From contig NC_068983.1 of assembly GCF_001194135.2 (NCBI RefSeq), positions 43,462,978 through 43,526,977 of the forward strand: a stretch of 64,000 bases of DNA. Direction: 5' to 3'. The notes under the pieces are model-generated. The model ran no database searches and was not told the DNA's origin. It saw only the letters and a list, made by a program, of their open reading frames with translations. The position numbers and the translations under genes were made by a program. Positions 52,464 to 64,000 of this stretch are shown in pieces (positions within the stretch are counted from its first letter, which is position 1; each line of letters opens with the position of its first letter). The DNA is from Octopus bimaculoides (lineage: Eukaryota).

Positions 52464-53160
52464 ATGTAAACAGTCAAACAATAGGCACATACACACATAC
52501 ATATATACATGCATGTATGATGTACATACATATATATATATATATATATATACATATGTACACATGCTCACACACGTATACGATGGGGTTCTTCCAATTT
52601 CCCCCTGACAAATTCACTCACAAGGCTTCAAATGCTCTGGGGCTGTAGTAGAAGACATTTGACTGAGCCTCTGTGAAGTAGGACTGAGCCAAAAACCATG
52701 TGATTGGGAAGTGGATGTTTTAACTATACAGTCCTGAATTGGTAACTGGTCAATATCTTCTTTTAATCTTTTTATCTTTTTACTCATTTCAGTCACTTTG
52801 ACAGTGACCATGTTGAGACACTGCCTTGTTTAAATTTTAGTCAAATGAATCGACCCCTGTACTTATTTTTTCTTTAAGCCTGCTATTTATACTACAGGGA
52901 TGTAAACTCGCTAACACTGGTTATCAAGTGGTGGTGGGGGATAAACCCACTCACACACATATATATGACAGGTTTCTTTCAGTTTCCATCTACCAAATCC
53001 ACTCAAGGCTTTGATTGGCCTCAGGCTATAGTAGAAGACACTTGCTCAAGGTGCTATACATTGCGACTGAACCTGTAACCATGTGGTTGGGAAGCAAGCT
53101 TCTTACCACACAGCCACACTGCGCCTATATGTACATACATACATACATATATATATATAT

Positions 53161-53538
53161 ATAACGTTGTAGTATATTGTCAACTTAATGTGACAATCCC
53201 AAGAAGGGAATACACTACTGCCGTTTAGCCCTAGGAAGCTGGATCGCTTCCTGTCGGCCTTGACACTATACTATGATTATATAAGTTGCGAGAGCTAGAC
53301 AAACTTCTTCAACCAGCTGGCAGGCTACTTCAGGCTGATGACGAGCAAAGACTCAGAAACATGTCCCTGAATGCTGGCTAGGCTGGGTGGAGGAGTTTGT
53401 CTCCCCCTCGCAAACTTAAGGACACAGTAATTGTGTCAAGGCTGACAGGAAGCGGTCCAGCTTCCTAGGGCTAAACGGCAGTAGTGTATTCCCTTCTTGG
53501 GATTGTCACATTAAGTTGACAATATACTACAACGTTAT
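53161..53538 (+). mobile_element. Foldback element with 106-bp inverted arms and a central hammerhead ribozyme
   Basis: 53161-53266 vs 53433-53538, 2 mismatches; inner region also self-complementary. Confidence 0.9.
53329..53371 (+). ncRNA. Type I minimal hammerhead ribozyme motif
   Basis: UUCAGG-CUGAUGA-c GAG caaaga CUC a-GAAA-C AU G-UC|-CCUGAA: 6-bp stem I, intact core, palindromic ACAUGU stem III, GUC cleavage triplet ending at 53365. Confidence 0.75.
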
Positions 53539-56500
53539 CGCACCACTACTGCTTAAATCTCTCTGAGAGATTTAGAAATATAATATTTCTAATATATATA
53601 TATATATATATATACACAACACACACGTGATGGGCTTCTTTCAGTTTCCATCTGCCAGATCCACTCATAAAACTTTGTTAGGCCCATTGCTATAGTAGAA
53701 GACACCAGCCCAAGGTGCCACAGAGTGGGACTGAACCTAGTTCCTTGTGGCTGGGAAGCAAACTTCTTACAATGCAGCTATGTCTGCACCTAGTGTAGTA
53801 ATAAATTATATGTCCTTAGCTCCAAGAAACTTTTAAGGGCCAGATGTTGTTGTTTAGTCACAAATCAACCCTGATCCTCACAAACAGAGGTAGTTTTGAA
53901 CCTTCACACATGTTGCTAGTCTCTAATCCAGCACATGGTGATCACCATGACCTCTGACCCTTGCATAGCATGGTTGAGAACCCAGTTTTGCTGATGTATT
54001 TGACTGATTCATTGATTTTTTTTTTTTACTTTTAATCTTCGAAGGTCACTGTGTCAATTGTTTTGGCCATTATCTCTATTTCTAATTGACATTTAATCCA
54101 TTAGAATTGTTTTTCTCTTTCCGTCTCATTTAATCCCTCTCAGTTGTTTATTCAATGTCTCTATATCATTTAATATAAAACTTGTGTGGTAAGGAGCTTG
54201 TTCCCAATCACATGGTTCTGGGTTTCGCCCCTCTGCTTAGCACCATGGAGAATGTCTTCTACTCTAACCTCGAGCCTACCAAAAGCTCATGGGTGGATTT
54301 AGTAGACAGAAACTGAAGGAAGCTTGTCGTGTGTGTGTGCTTGACAACAAGTGTTTGTGTGGTTATGTCACAGCAACTTAGCAGTTCATCAAAAGAGACT
54401 GCTAGAATAAGTACCAGGCTTTAACCCTTTTTGTTGCCATATTTCTGTTGAGATGCTCTGTGTTTCTTTCAATTAATTTTAAATATAACAAAGAATTGAG
54501 TAAAATAACTTAGTTATCATTAAGCTAGTGTTAGGAACATAAATTGTGACTAAGGTTTGGTGGAAGATTTTAATTCAAAACTTACGAAAACAAGACATTT
54601 GTACTACAGAGCCAGAGGCAGTTTCAGCTGGGTTGGTAACAAAAGGGTTAAATAAAAAAAAGTACTCGCATCAATTCAATTGTCTAAAAAGGTAGTGCCC
54701 CAGCTTGGCTGCAGTTTAATGATTGAGACCAGTAAAAGATATGAGGAAAAGATTAAGGCGGCGAGGTGGCAGAATTGTTAGCATGCCAGGCAAAATGCTT
54801 AGCGGTATTTCATCTGCTGTTATGTTCTGAGTTCAAATTCCACCAAGGTCGACTTTGCCTTTCATCCTTTCGGGGAAGATAAATTAAGTACCAGTTACGC
54901 ACTGGGGTCGATGTTATCGACTTACTCCCTTTGTCTGTCCTTGTTTGACCCCTCTATGTTTAAGCCCCTTGTGGGCAATAAAGAAATAAGTAAAAGATAT
55001 AAGGAAAAAAGGTAATTACTCATTAACACTAGTCTCTTCTTTTAAGTGGTAAAGAGGCAGGGTTGTTAGCATTTCAGACAAAATGCTTAGTGAAGTTTCT
55101 TCTAACTCTTCATATTCTGAGTTCAAATTCCACTGAGGTTGACTTTGCCTTACGTCCTTGGGGTTGACAAATTAAAGTATTTATCAAGTATTGGCAGAGT
55201 CATTGATGTAATTGACTGCTCCCCCGCCACTTCAAAATTGCTGGCCTTGTACCAGAATTAGAAAGAATTAACACTGCTGTCATCTTCTACAACCCTCACT
55301 ATCTGATGAACCTTGCATTAGCTTTGACAACGAGTCTTTCTTCAATCAACTAGACTAATTACTTGTTAAATTTAATTCATTATCATAATTTAAAATCTGT
55401 TTTTCATGCTGGTATGGATCAGACATTTTGACAGGAGCTGACAAATCAGAGAACTGCATCAAGCTCAACTTTCTGTTTTCTACAGCTGGATGCCCTTCCT
55501 AATGCCAATGCTCTTCTTAACATGCTGACTGAGTATTCCACAGACATGCCTTAATGTAATCCTCAGGCCAAATAAGCATGACACAACATTTGACATGGCT
55601 ATTCCTTTGAACTACAGGCACCATCCATTTGTTGGGATTCCTAACAATTTCTATCTACCCATTTTTTTCTTCCAAGTCAACCTGAGACTTGTAAGATGTC
55701 ATGCAATGAAATTGAACCAAGGACTTCATGATCAAACAGAGTAGCAAAACTATATCAATCTCACAAGCATATATCTTACCTCTTCATTAAGGAACTACTT
55801 GAAAGATCTTTCAGTATTGCTTCTTCTCAAACTAATTAGTAAAACAAATTCACACACATGCATCATCATCATCGTCGTTGTCGTCATCGTTTAACATCCG
55901 CTTTTCATGCTGGCATGGGTTGGACGGTTTGACTGAGGTCTGGCAAGCCAGAAGGCTGCACCAGGCTCCAATCCGATCTGGCGATGTTTCTACAGCTGGA
56001 TGCCCTTCCTAACACCAACCATTCTGAGAGTGTAGTGGGTGCTTTTTACATGCCACCAGTATAGGAGCCAGTCAGGCGGCACTGGCAATGACCATACTTG
56101 AATAGTGCTTTTTACGTGCCACTGGCACGGGAGCCAGTCAGGCGGCACTGGCAACGATCACGCTCAAATGAGGCTTTTTACGTACCACTGGCACGGGGTC
56201 AAGCAGCACTGGCTTCGACCACGCTCAAATGCATTGTAGGAATTTAGAAACTTTGAGAGATATGAGGTGTGTTATTTATAATAAAGAAATTTAAAGTAGA
56301 TAATGCTTTGCAGATAACTCAGTGGTTCTCAACCACTTTTTTACCTGTAGATTCCTATTTCACTCGAATAGACCTTGCTAGCCATTCGTTGTTTTAAAAA
56401 TCCTATTATATTTTTGTACTTAAACATTATTAGGAATTGTATAAAATATTGTTAAAATATTTTGTGTTGTAGAAGTATAACCAACTGATTGCACATAAAT

Positions 56501-59500
56501 TTTAACAACAAAATCTTATATGGACCCCGGTGGAGAATCACAGCTGTAAAAAATAGTGTGTAGAATATTAGGTTAAAAAAAAATCCTCCTTGGGTGGAAA
56601 AACAATCAAAGGCTGTCTGTGGCACTTGAACCTACATTTTTCTGTAAGCTTGACAGACGTTCTGCAGTTGTATCAAAGCAACACTTCAAACTTTTTACCA
56701 TCCACTTTAGAAGCTTTGTTTTTACCTGTGAGAATTGTATATTGTTTACATTACAAGAATTTAGAAACTTCAAGAGATATGAAAAAGTGAGTCATTTTGG
56801 CTTCAAGTTTTGGCATAAGGCCAGCATTTTCAGGGGAGGGGAGGAGTCGACTATCTTCAACCCCAAAAGGATGAAATTCGGTGAAATTTGAACTCAGAAC
56901 ATTAAGACAGACAAAATACTGTTCAGCATTTTACCCAGTGAGCACTGGCATAGCTAGAGTGTGTGCCACCTGGTACAGCCCTTCTGTTTGCTGCCCCTTG
57001 ACCCCACAAAAAAAACCCATATTGCTTACAACAGACCTAAAGTGCCCCCCCCCTCTCCCAGCTACACTAGTGCCGGTGAGCTTATGATTCTGTCAGCTTG
57101 CCACCTTGAAAGTAAATCATTTCACTTGTGGAACTTGAAGAAGATAAAACTACAAATGAAAGTGTGTAAATATTGGGTTATGAAAGCCTTGGGACTCAAA
57201 CTCACATCTGTGAACATGACGAATATACCAAATATACCAAACCAATATACCAAAGCAACATTTTGAATTTTCTTCATCCAATTTAGAAACTTCATTCCTA
57301 ATGTTTTTTTTATATTGTTAGAATTTAGAAATTTCAATATGAACAGCTTACAATTCTCCTTCAATAAGAACAAAACTGATGAAGAAAATTTGAAATGTTG
57401 CTTTGGTATAATGGTAAAACATCTGTCATGTGTACAGATGTGAGTTCAGGTCCTGTGAACAGCCTTTGATTTTTTTCTCCATCCAAGGGATTTTCTAATT
57501 CAGCATCCTACATGCTGTTATCCACCTTTACATTCTGAGTTTGAATTCTGCCGAAGTTAACTTTGCCTTCTTCCTATCAGGGTCAATAAAATAAAGTACC
57601 CATTGAATATTGGGCTCGATATAACTGACTTAACCTTTCCCCTAAAATTGCTGGCTTTGTGCCAAAATCTGAGACCGTTATTATTATTCCACTGAGGTCG
57701 ACTTTGCCTTCATCCTTTTGGAGTCGATAAAATAAGTTACCAGTTGAGCATGGGTCAATGTAATCAACTTATCTCCCCCACCTCACTTCACCCCAAAGTG
57801 CTAGCCTTGTGCCAACATTTAAAACCAATATTCTGCATACTATTATCCATAGCTTTATCTAATTCAAGGTCCACCATTAAAAATAGCATACTTCACACAC
57901 AGCTTTTATGAAATACTTGCCTGTAATTTCCAATTTAAAATTCACAAAAGTGTTTTCACTCTTTTCTCTTTTCTGCATGTTTTACTGTAGGGTTTTTTTC
58001 ATTCTTTTCTTTTGGCTGTTATTCTTAAGAAATCTATATTTCTAGTTTGTTGATCACTTTGTTTTTTTTTTTTGTTTTTTTTTTTTTACTTCCAAAAATG
58101 GTTGTTTGTTTTATTTATTTACTTGTTTAATTTTTCTTAAACTTCCATTGAAATATTTTCCGAGGAAATTGCGTCGGATGGAGAAGACAATCATCATTAC
58201 TATTTAATGATCATCTTCCATGCTGGCATGGGTTGGATGGCTTCATAGGATCTAATGAATCTGAAAAGTGCTGTGTGCACCAATGTCCGATTTGACATGG
58301 TCTCTGTGGCTGGATGCCTTTCCTAATGCCAGTCTCTTCACAACATGTACTGGATGCTTCTTTCATGGCACCAGCATTAGTGAGGTTGTCATGCAGCTTG
58401 CAAGATTAAAATCCTGAGAGAGGTGGCTTTATGTTAGGGGATGAGAGATTAAAAGTATGAGAGAAGGTGCCAGAACAGAAATGGTTTCTTGCTGTAGAGG
58501 AGCTACATTTTAGAAGAGCGGGTCTGAGCACTCACAGTGGCACTACAAAAAGCTAAAAATAATGCCAATGAAGTATTAGAGTGGGCCTTCAAGATAGAAG
58601 ATGCTTAAGAGTGAGAGGGAACAGGAGAACAGGAAATGTGGGTGGGTGGAAATAGTGTATGGGAGAGAGAGAGAGAGACTGTTAGAAATCAAGAATGGGT
58701 GAAGCAGTAAATAATAGCAAATTGTAAACAGAAAAAACAACAAAATGATTTGATATTAGGGATCTCTTAATTTTTGAATTTCTTTCTTCATGTGTTTCAC
58801 AAGTAAAAGAATGTACCAAAATTCTATAAAGCTGTCTACAAAGCCAATATAAAAATTTAACCATCTCGTGCCATGTTCCTGGTATAGTGAAAGTATTTTA
58901 AACATAATCTCTACTGGATTCCCATTAAAGCAGTAATGAACAACACACGTAGGGAAAAGAAGATAAAATACTGAAAATAGACAAGCAATCACATTGCAGC
59001 TTTGGAGTCAGCTGTCTTTATGACTCATTGTTAACGGTGGCCTCCATACCTGTTGTTTACTTTTGTTTTTAATCGCAAAAAAAGAAATGATTTTGTGATG
59101 AAACAAGTATGTGACGAACCCAGCACCTCATCTTGTAAATAAGCAAGGACTAGACTCTTTTATGGTTGAGGAAATTATTGATGACATTTATTCTTCAGAT
59201 GAAGAGTTTACATTTATACAGACAATGAGAGTGAAGCAAACAATCAAACTGGTGAAAAAGATGAGGAATGTTTCGGCTCAGCTAAACAAATACAGCAGTT
59301 GAGAGAGATAGGCCTATTATTGATATTCTGTGGAATTTTTTTGTGATTCTCTCCATTAGTTTTCCCGCAATCATTACTCTTGAGTTGCACATGCAACTAT
59401 TTTTTGTTTTGCTCAGGAACCCATGTGGCAGGTAAAGTTAGACGCAGGGGTCCAAGTCCGAGAGGGTTAAGCTTTTAGCAACAGTTTGGTAAAGTCATTG

Positions 59501-59891
59501 CAACTTCAAACAAAATACCTGCAGTATTTAATTATGGTCATTTATGTCCTGAGTTCAAACCTTACCAACGTTAACTTTGTCTTTTGTCTTTTTGGGGTTA
59601 ATAAGATTCTGTTTGTCTATGTTTTTACTTAGTCTGAGGTGAAAGGAGGTGGAAATCTGTTAGAAAAGTGTGCATATTAGAGATGGGGGTAGATCTTGGT
59701 TTCATGATAAATGTGCAAGTTATGTGAGCCAAGAGGTCAGGCTGATCCCATGTATATAGCAAATAAATAGAGGTGTTTCCTTCTTGCCTTCATTCCTGAT
59801 GGAGTCATGGAGGTGCTACCATGAGATACAATGTCTTGGGAATTTTCACCTGACAGAGCACATTCTTTTCTGGATATAAGAACAATTTCTT

Positions 59892-59926
<35 letters not shown>

Positions 59927-61410
59927 TATAAAAAATAAACACATGCACTCACAAATTGAGAGAGAGAAAGAGAGAGACGAGTCAGCTCCAGTACTAGACT
60001 GGTACTTTATTTATTAACCTTGGCAGGATAAATGATGAAGTTGATTTTGATGAATTTGAACTCACAGTGCAGAGAGCCTGAATGAACACCACAATACCTC
60101 ATGATCCTTATCATCATCATTATTGACCTCCTAGACATAATTGTCTTGAGCCCAAGGACACAGGGGGCCAGTTGCCCAGGTCCCATGGTGTGTAAGTGAT
60201 CAAGGTCCCCACCCCCCGAATGAATGCCGATCCGTTGCAGGGTTATTCATTTACAATCAAGTAGACTTTAGCAACATGAAACTGTTTTGCTCAAAAACAC
60301 AACGCATCGCCCAGTCCAGAAGTTGAAACTACGATCTTGCAATCATGAGTGCAACATTTTAACCACTCAGCCATGTACTTCCACACTCATCTGCATATAT
60401 GTAAATTACACATACATTTATGTAAATAAATTAGTGATTCCATAAGAAATAACACCAACAAAGAACGGGACACCAGTCTGTCATAGGTTTATTTATTTAC
60501 AACTGAGTGGACTGAGGCAAAATGAAATGAAGTGTTTTGCTCAAGAACATAACATGGGTTAGGGAATTACGGTCTTGATTTTGCAATCCTGAATACAGCA
60601 CACTAACCACTGAGCCACATGCTTTTATACAGAACCACAAGGCATCCTAAAAGCTGTGGCAGCTGGGATTTATGAGAAAAATCAATGTAAGAGAGAGAGA
60701 AGTGTGGAGGTATTTGGTATTGGAAAATCTATCAAATCCATACATAACGTAGGAAAAAAGTAACCATATACTTATGAAGAGATGTATTTCATTTATTGAC
60801 TGTTGGTCACACTATTTTTTTTTAATAACTGGGCATTTTTGGATGATAGAATACTTATACAGAAATCAATATTGAAATTTTATTTTATATATTCATTTTC
60901 ATTTCTAACAAAAATACTTCCTCTTCTTTTTTTCTGTATTTGTGCGTGTATATATATGGACAGGTCTGATGATGCAAACAGGGATAATAGCACTCAAAAC
61001 ATATATATATATATAAAATGCAAGGGTCAAGGTGTAGGAAGAAAGTTAGCTTTAAGCAAACCGTATTGAATTTTTAAAAAAATAACTTTCAGGAACAATA
61101 GTGGTTTATTGAGACAGAAGGTTGTGGATTTTCTTCCTGTGAAAGTACAATAAATTGAAAAAAATTATTTTGATATTTTCATGGTAGGCAATCAGGGTTG
61201 TCAGGTATGTGAATAAGAATACAAGAGTTAAGGAATTGAGTCGATAAGATCCGGGTTAGATATGTTTCATAGCGAGCGAAACCTTGGAAGTGGTAAAAAT
61301 CCAAGCGAGGGATATACCACAGGCTACTCTTTGAGCCAAGGATATCTTGATTAAATGAAAGTTTACATTGTCACAAGCAGGTTCATGTTAACACATGGAA
61401 GATTCAATCA

Positions 61411-61455
<45 letters not shown>

Positions 61456-62328
61456 NNNNNNNNNNNNNNNNNNNNNNNNNNNNNNNNNNNNNNNNNNNNN
61501 NNNNNNNNNNNNNNNNNNNNNNNNNNNNNNNNNNNNNNNNNNNNNNNNNNNNNNNNNNNNNNNNNNNNNNNNNNNNNNNNNNNNNNNNNNNNNNNNNNNN
61601 NNNNNNNNNNNNNNNNNNNNNNNNNNNNNNNNNNNNNNNNNNNNNNNNNNNNNNNNNNNNNNNNNNNNNNNNNNNNNNNNNNNNNNNNNNNNNNNNNNNN
61701 NNNNNNNNNNNNNNNNNNNNNNNNNNNNNNNNNNNNNNNNNNNNNNNNNNNNNNNNNNNNNNNNNNNNNNNNNNNNNNNNNNNNNNNNNNNNNNNNNNNN
61801 NNNNNNNNNNNNNNNNNNNNNNNNNNNNNNNNNNNNNNNNNNNNNNNNNNNNNNNNNNNNNNNNNNNNNNNNNNNNNNNNNNNNNNNNNNNNNNNNNNNN
61901 NNNNNNNNNNNNNNNNNNNNNNNNNNNNNNNNNNNNNNNNNNNNNNNNNNNNNNNNNNNNNNNNNNNNNNNNNNNNNNNNNNNNNNNNNNNNNNNNNNNN
62001 NNNNNNNNNNNNNNNNNNNNNNNNNNNNNNNNNNNNNNNNNNNNNNNNNNNNNNNNNNNNNNNNNNNNNNNNNNNNNNNNNNNNNNNNNNNNNNNNNNNN
62101 NNNNNNNNNNNNNNNNNNNNNNNNNNNNNNNNNNNNNNNNNNNNNNNNNNNNNNNNNNNNNNNNNNNNNNNNNNNNNNNNNNNNNNNNNNNNNNNNNNNN
62201 NNNNNNNNNNNNNNNNNNNNNNNNNNNNNNNNNNNNNNNNNNNNNNNNNNNNNNNNNNNNNNNNNNNNNNNNNNNNNNNNATATATATATATATATATAT
62301 ATAATATATATATATATATATTTGTTTG

Positions 62329-62766
62329 TTTATTAATATTTAGCAAAAGCAACAGAGTGACTCACAGAGCTTTACACATTAACACTTATCAAACTAGATA
62401 CAGATTGAGGGCTTATGAAATTATGTACCAGCGATAATAACATTTCCCTGGATAGTTCTGGAACAAATTATAAAAACAATTTGAACATCAGGTGGATAAT
62501 TCATATTTCAAATAGTATACCAATTATGCTGTTCAGTAAGTAAATACATAAATAAATATTTACTTATTGAGCAGCATTGGAAATATGAATTATCAACCTG
62601 ACATTCTAATTATTTTTATGATTTGTTCCAGAACTATCCAAGGAAATACTATTATCACTGGTATATAACATCACAAGCCCTCAATCTGTGTCTAATTTGA
62701 TAAGTGTTAATGCATAAACCTTCCAGTTCTTGAGCCACTCTGTTGCTTCTGCTAAATATTAATAAA
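62329..62766. mobile_element. ~440-bp imperfect palindrome (foldback MITE-like)
   Basis: Left half is the reverse complement of the right half almost to the centre (e.g. TTTATTAATATTTAGC...CCCTGGATAGTTCTGGAACAAAT / ATTTGTTCCAGAACTATCCAAGG...GCTAAATATTAATAAA). Confidence 0.8.
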
Positions 62767-64000
62767 AACGTAAAGGAGTGGCTGTGTGGTAAGTAGCTTG
62801 CTTACCAGCCACATGGTTCCNNNNNNNNNNAATTAATCCTTTGTCAGCTGCCTCTATTCTAACTAGACATTTCGAAGATACATAGGCGCAAGCATGGCTG
62901 TGTGTGGTAAGTAGCTTGCTTACCAACCACATGACTCCAGGTTCAGTCCCACTACATAGCACCTTGGGTAAGTGTCTTCTACTATAGCCTTGGGCCAATC
63001 AAAGCCTTGTGAGTGGATTTAGTAGACAGAAACGGAAAGAAGCCCGTCTTACATATATGTATATATGTGTGTGTGTGTCTATGTTTGTCCCCCCACCATC
63101 ACTTGACAACTGATGTTGGTGTGTTTATGTCCCTGTAATTTAGTGGTTCGGTGAAAGAGACCAGCAGAATAAGTACTAGGCTTACAAAGAATAAGTCCTG
63201 GTGTCGATTTTTTTGACTAAAGGTGGTGCTCCAGCATGGCTGCAGTCAAATGACTAAAACAAATAAAAGAATATATATATANNNNNNNNNNNNNNNNNNN
63301 NNNNNNNNNNNNNNNNNNNNNNNNNNNNNNNNNNNNNNNNNNNNNNNNNNNNNNNNNNNNNNNNNNNNNNNNNNNNNNNNNNNNNNNNNNNNNNNNNNNN
63401 NNNNNNNNNNNNNNNNNNNNNNNNNNNNNNNNNNNNNNNNNNNNNNNNNNNNNNNNNNNNNNNNNNNNNNNNNNNNNNNNNNNNNNNNNNNNNNNNNNNN
63501 NNNNNNNNNNNNNNNNNNNNNNNNNNNNNNNNNNNNNNNNNNNNNNNNNNNNNNNNNNNNNNNNNNNNNNNNNNNNNNNNNNNNNNNNNNNNNNNNNNNN
63601 NNNNNNNNNNNNNNNNNNNNNNNNNNNNNNNNNNNNNNNNNNNNNNNNNNNNNNNNNNNNNNNNNNNNNNNNNNNNNNNNNNNNNNNNNNNNNNNNNNNN
63701 NNNNNNNNNNNNNNNNNNNNNNNNNNNNNNNNNNNNNNNNNNNNNNNNNNNNNNNNNNNNNNNNNNNNNNNNNNNNNNNNNNNNNNNNNNNNNNNNNNNN
63801 NNNNNNNNNNNNNNNNNNNNNNNNNNNNNNNNNNNNNNNNNNNNNNNNNNNNNNNNNNNNNNNNNNNNNNNNNNNNNNNNNNNNNNNNNNNNNNNNNNNN
63901 NNNNNNNNNNNNNNNNNNNNNNNNNNNNNNNNNNNNNNNNNNNNNNNNNNNNNNNNNNNNNNNNNNNNNNNNNNNNNNNNNNNNNNTCTTCTATTATAGC

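Noticed and set aside
58848-58901. Plus-frame YKNLTISCHVPGIVKVF* resembling the golgin-45 C-terminus (YENITFNCC...)
   Set aside because: An in-frame TAA lies 21 nt upstream, there is no phase-0 acceptor, and the RFHP and CCxxC motifs are absent. The terminal exon stays unassigned.
59040-59400. Acidic peptide fragments resembling a piggyBac transposase N-terminus
   Set aside because: Frameshifted, no catalytic motifs or termini; the similarity is compositional only.
11794-63999. Long ORFs of 200-360 aa in the track (11794, 17511, 21728, 26660, 61355, 63223 and similar)
   Set aside because: They read through N-gaps and (TA)n runs, so they are artefacts. Only the first 11 codons of 21728-22612 are used, as NME7 exon 1.

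Overview
AT-rich, repeat-dense animal genomic DNA with eight N-gaps, most of them bordered by (TA)n. The SINE/MITE content looks like octopus/coleoid DNA (inference, no database check). Genes reconstructed by hand from splice signals and reading-frame continuity: (1) NME7 (nucleoside diphosphate kinase 7) on the minus strand, 22612->10191, eight coding exons found and one missing, probably in the gap 17570-18184; (2) golgin-45/BLZF1 on the plus strand, divergent from NME7, six coding exons 36428-48347, terminal exon not found; (3) an uninterrupted single-exon hAT (Buster/SPIN, GTF2IRD2-like) transposase-derived ORF at 4810-6666; (4) the probable start of an unidentified minus-strand gene running off the left edge. 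Best second-look items: a 378-bp foldback element with a type I hammerhead ribozyme at its apex (53161-53538); a tRNA-headed element with inverted arms that each carry a decayed hammerhead (23467-23976); a 95%-identical inverted copy of a whole golgin-45 coding exon in a downstream intron (a possible dsRNA/A-to-I editing partner); loss of the catalytic His in NME7 domain A; and the NME7-BLZF1 head-to-head pairing, which also exists in human. Most other ORFs in the track are repeat-derived or span N-gaps.
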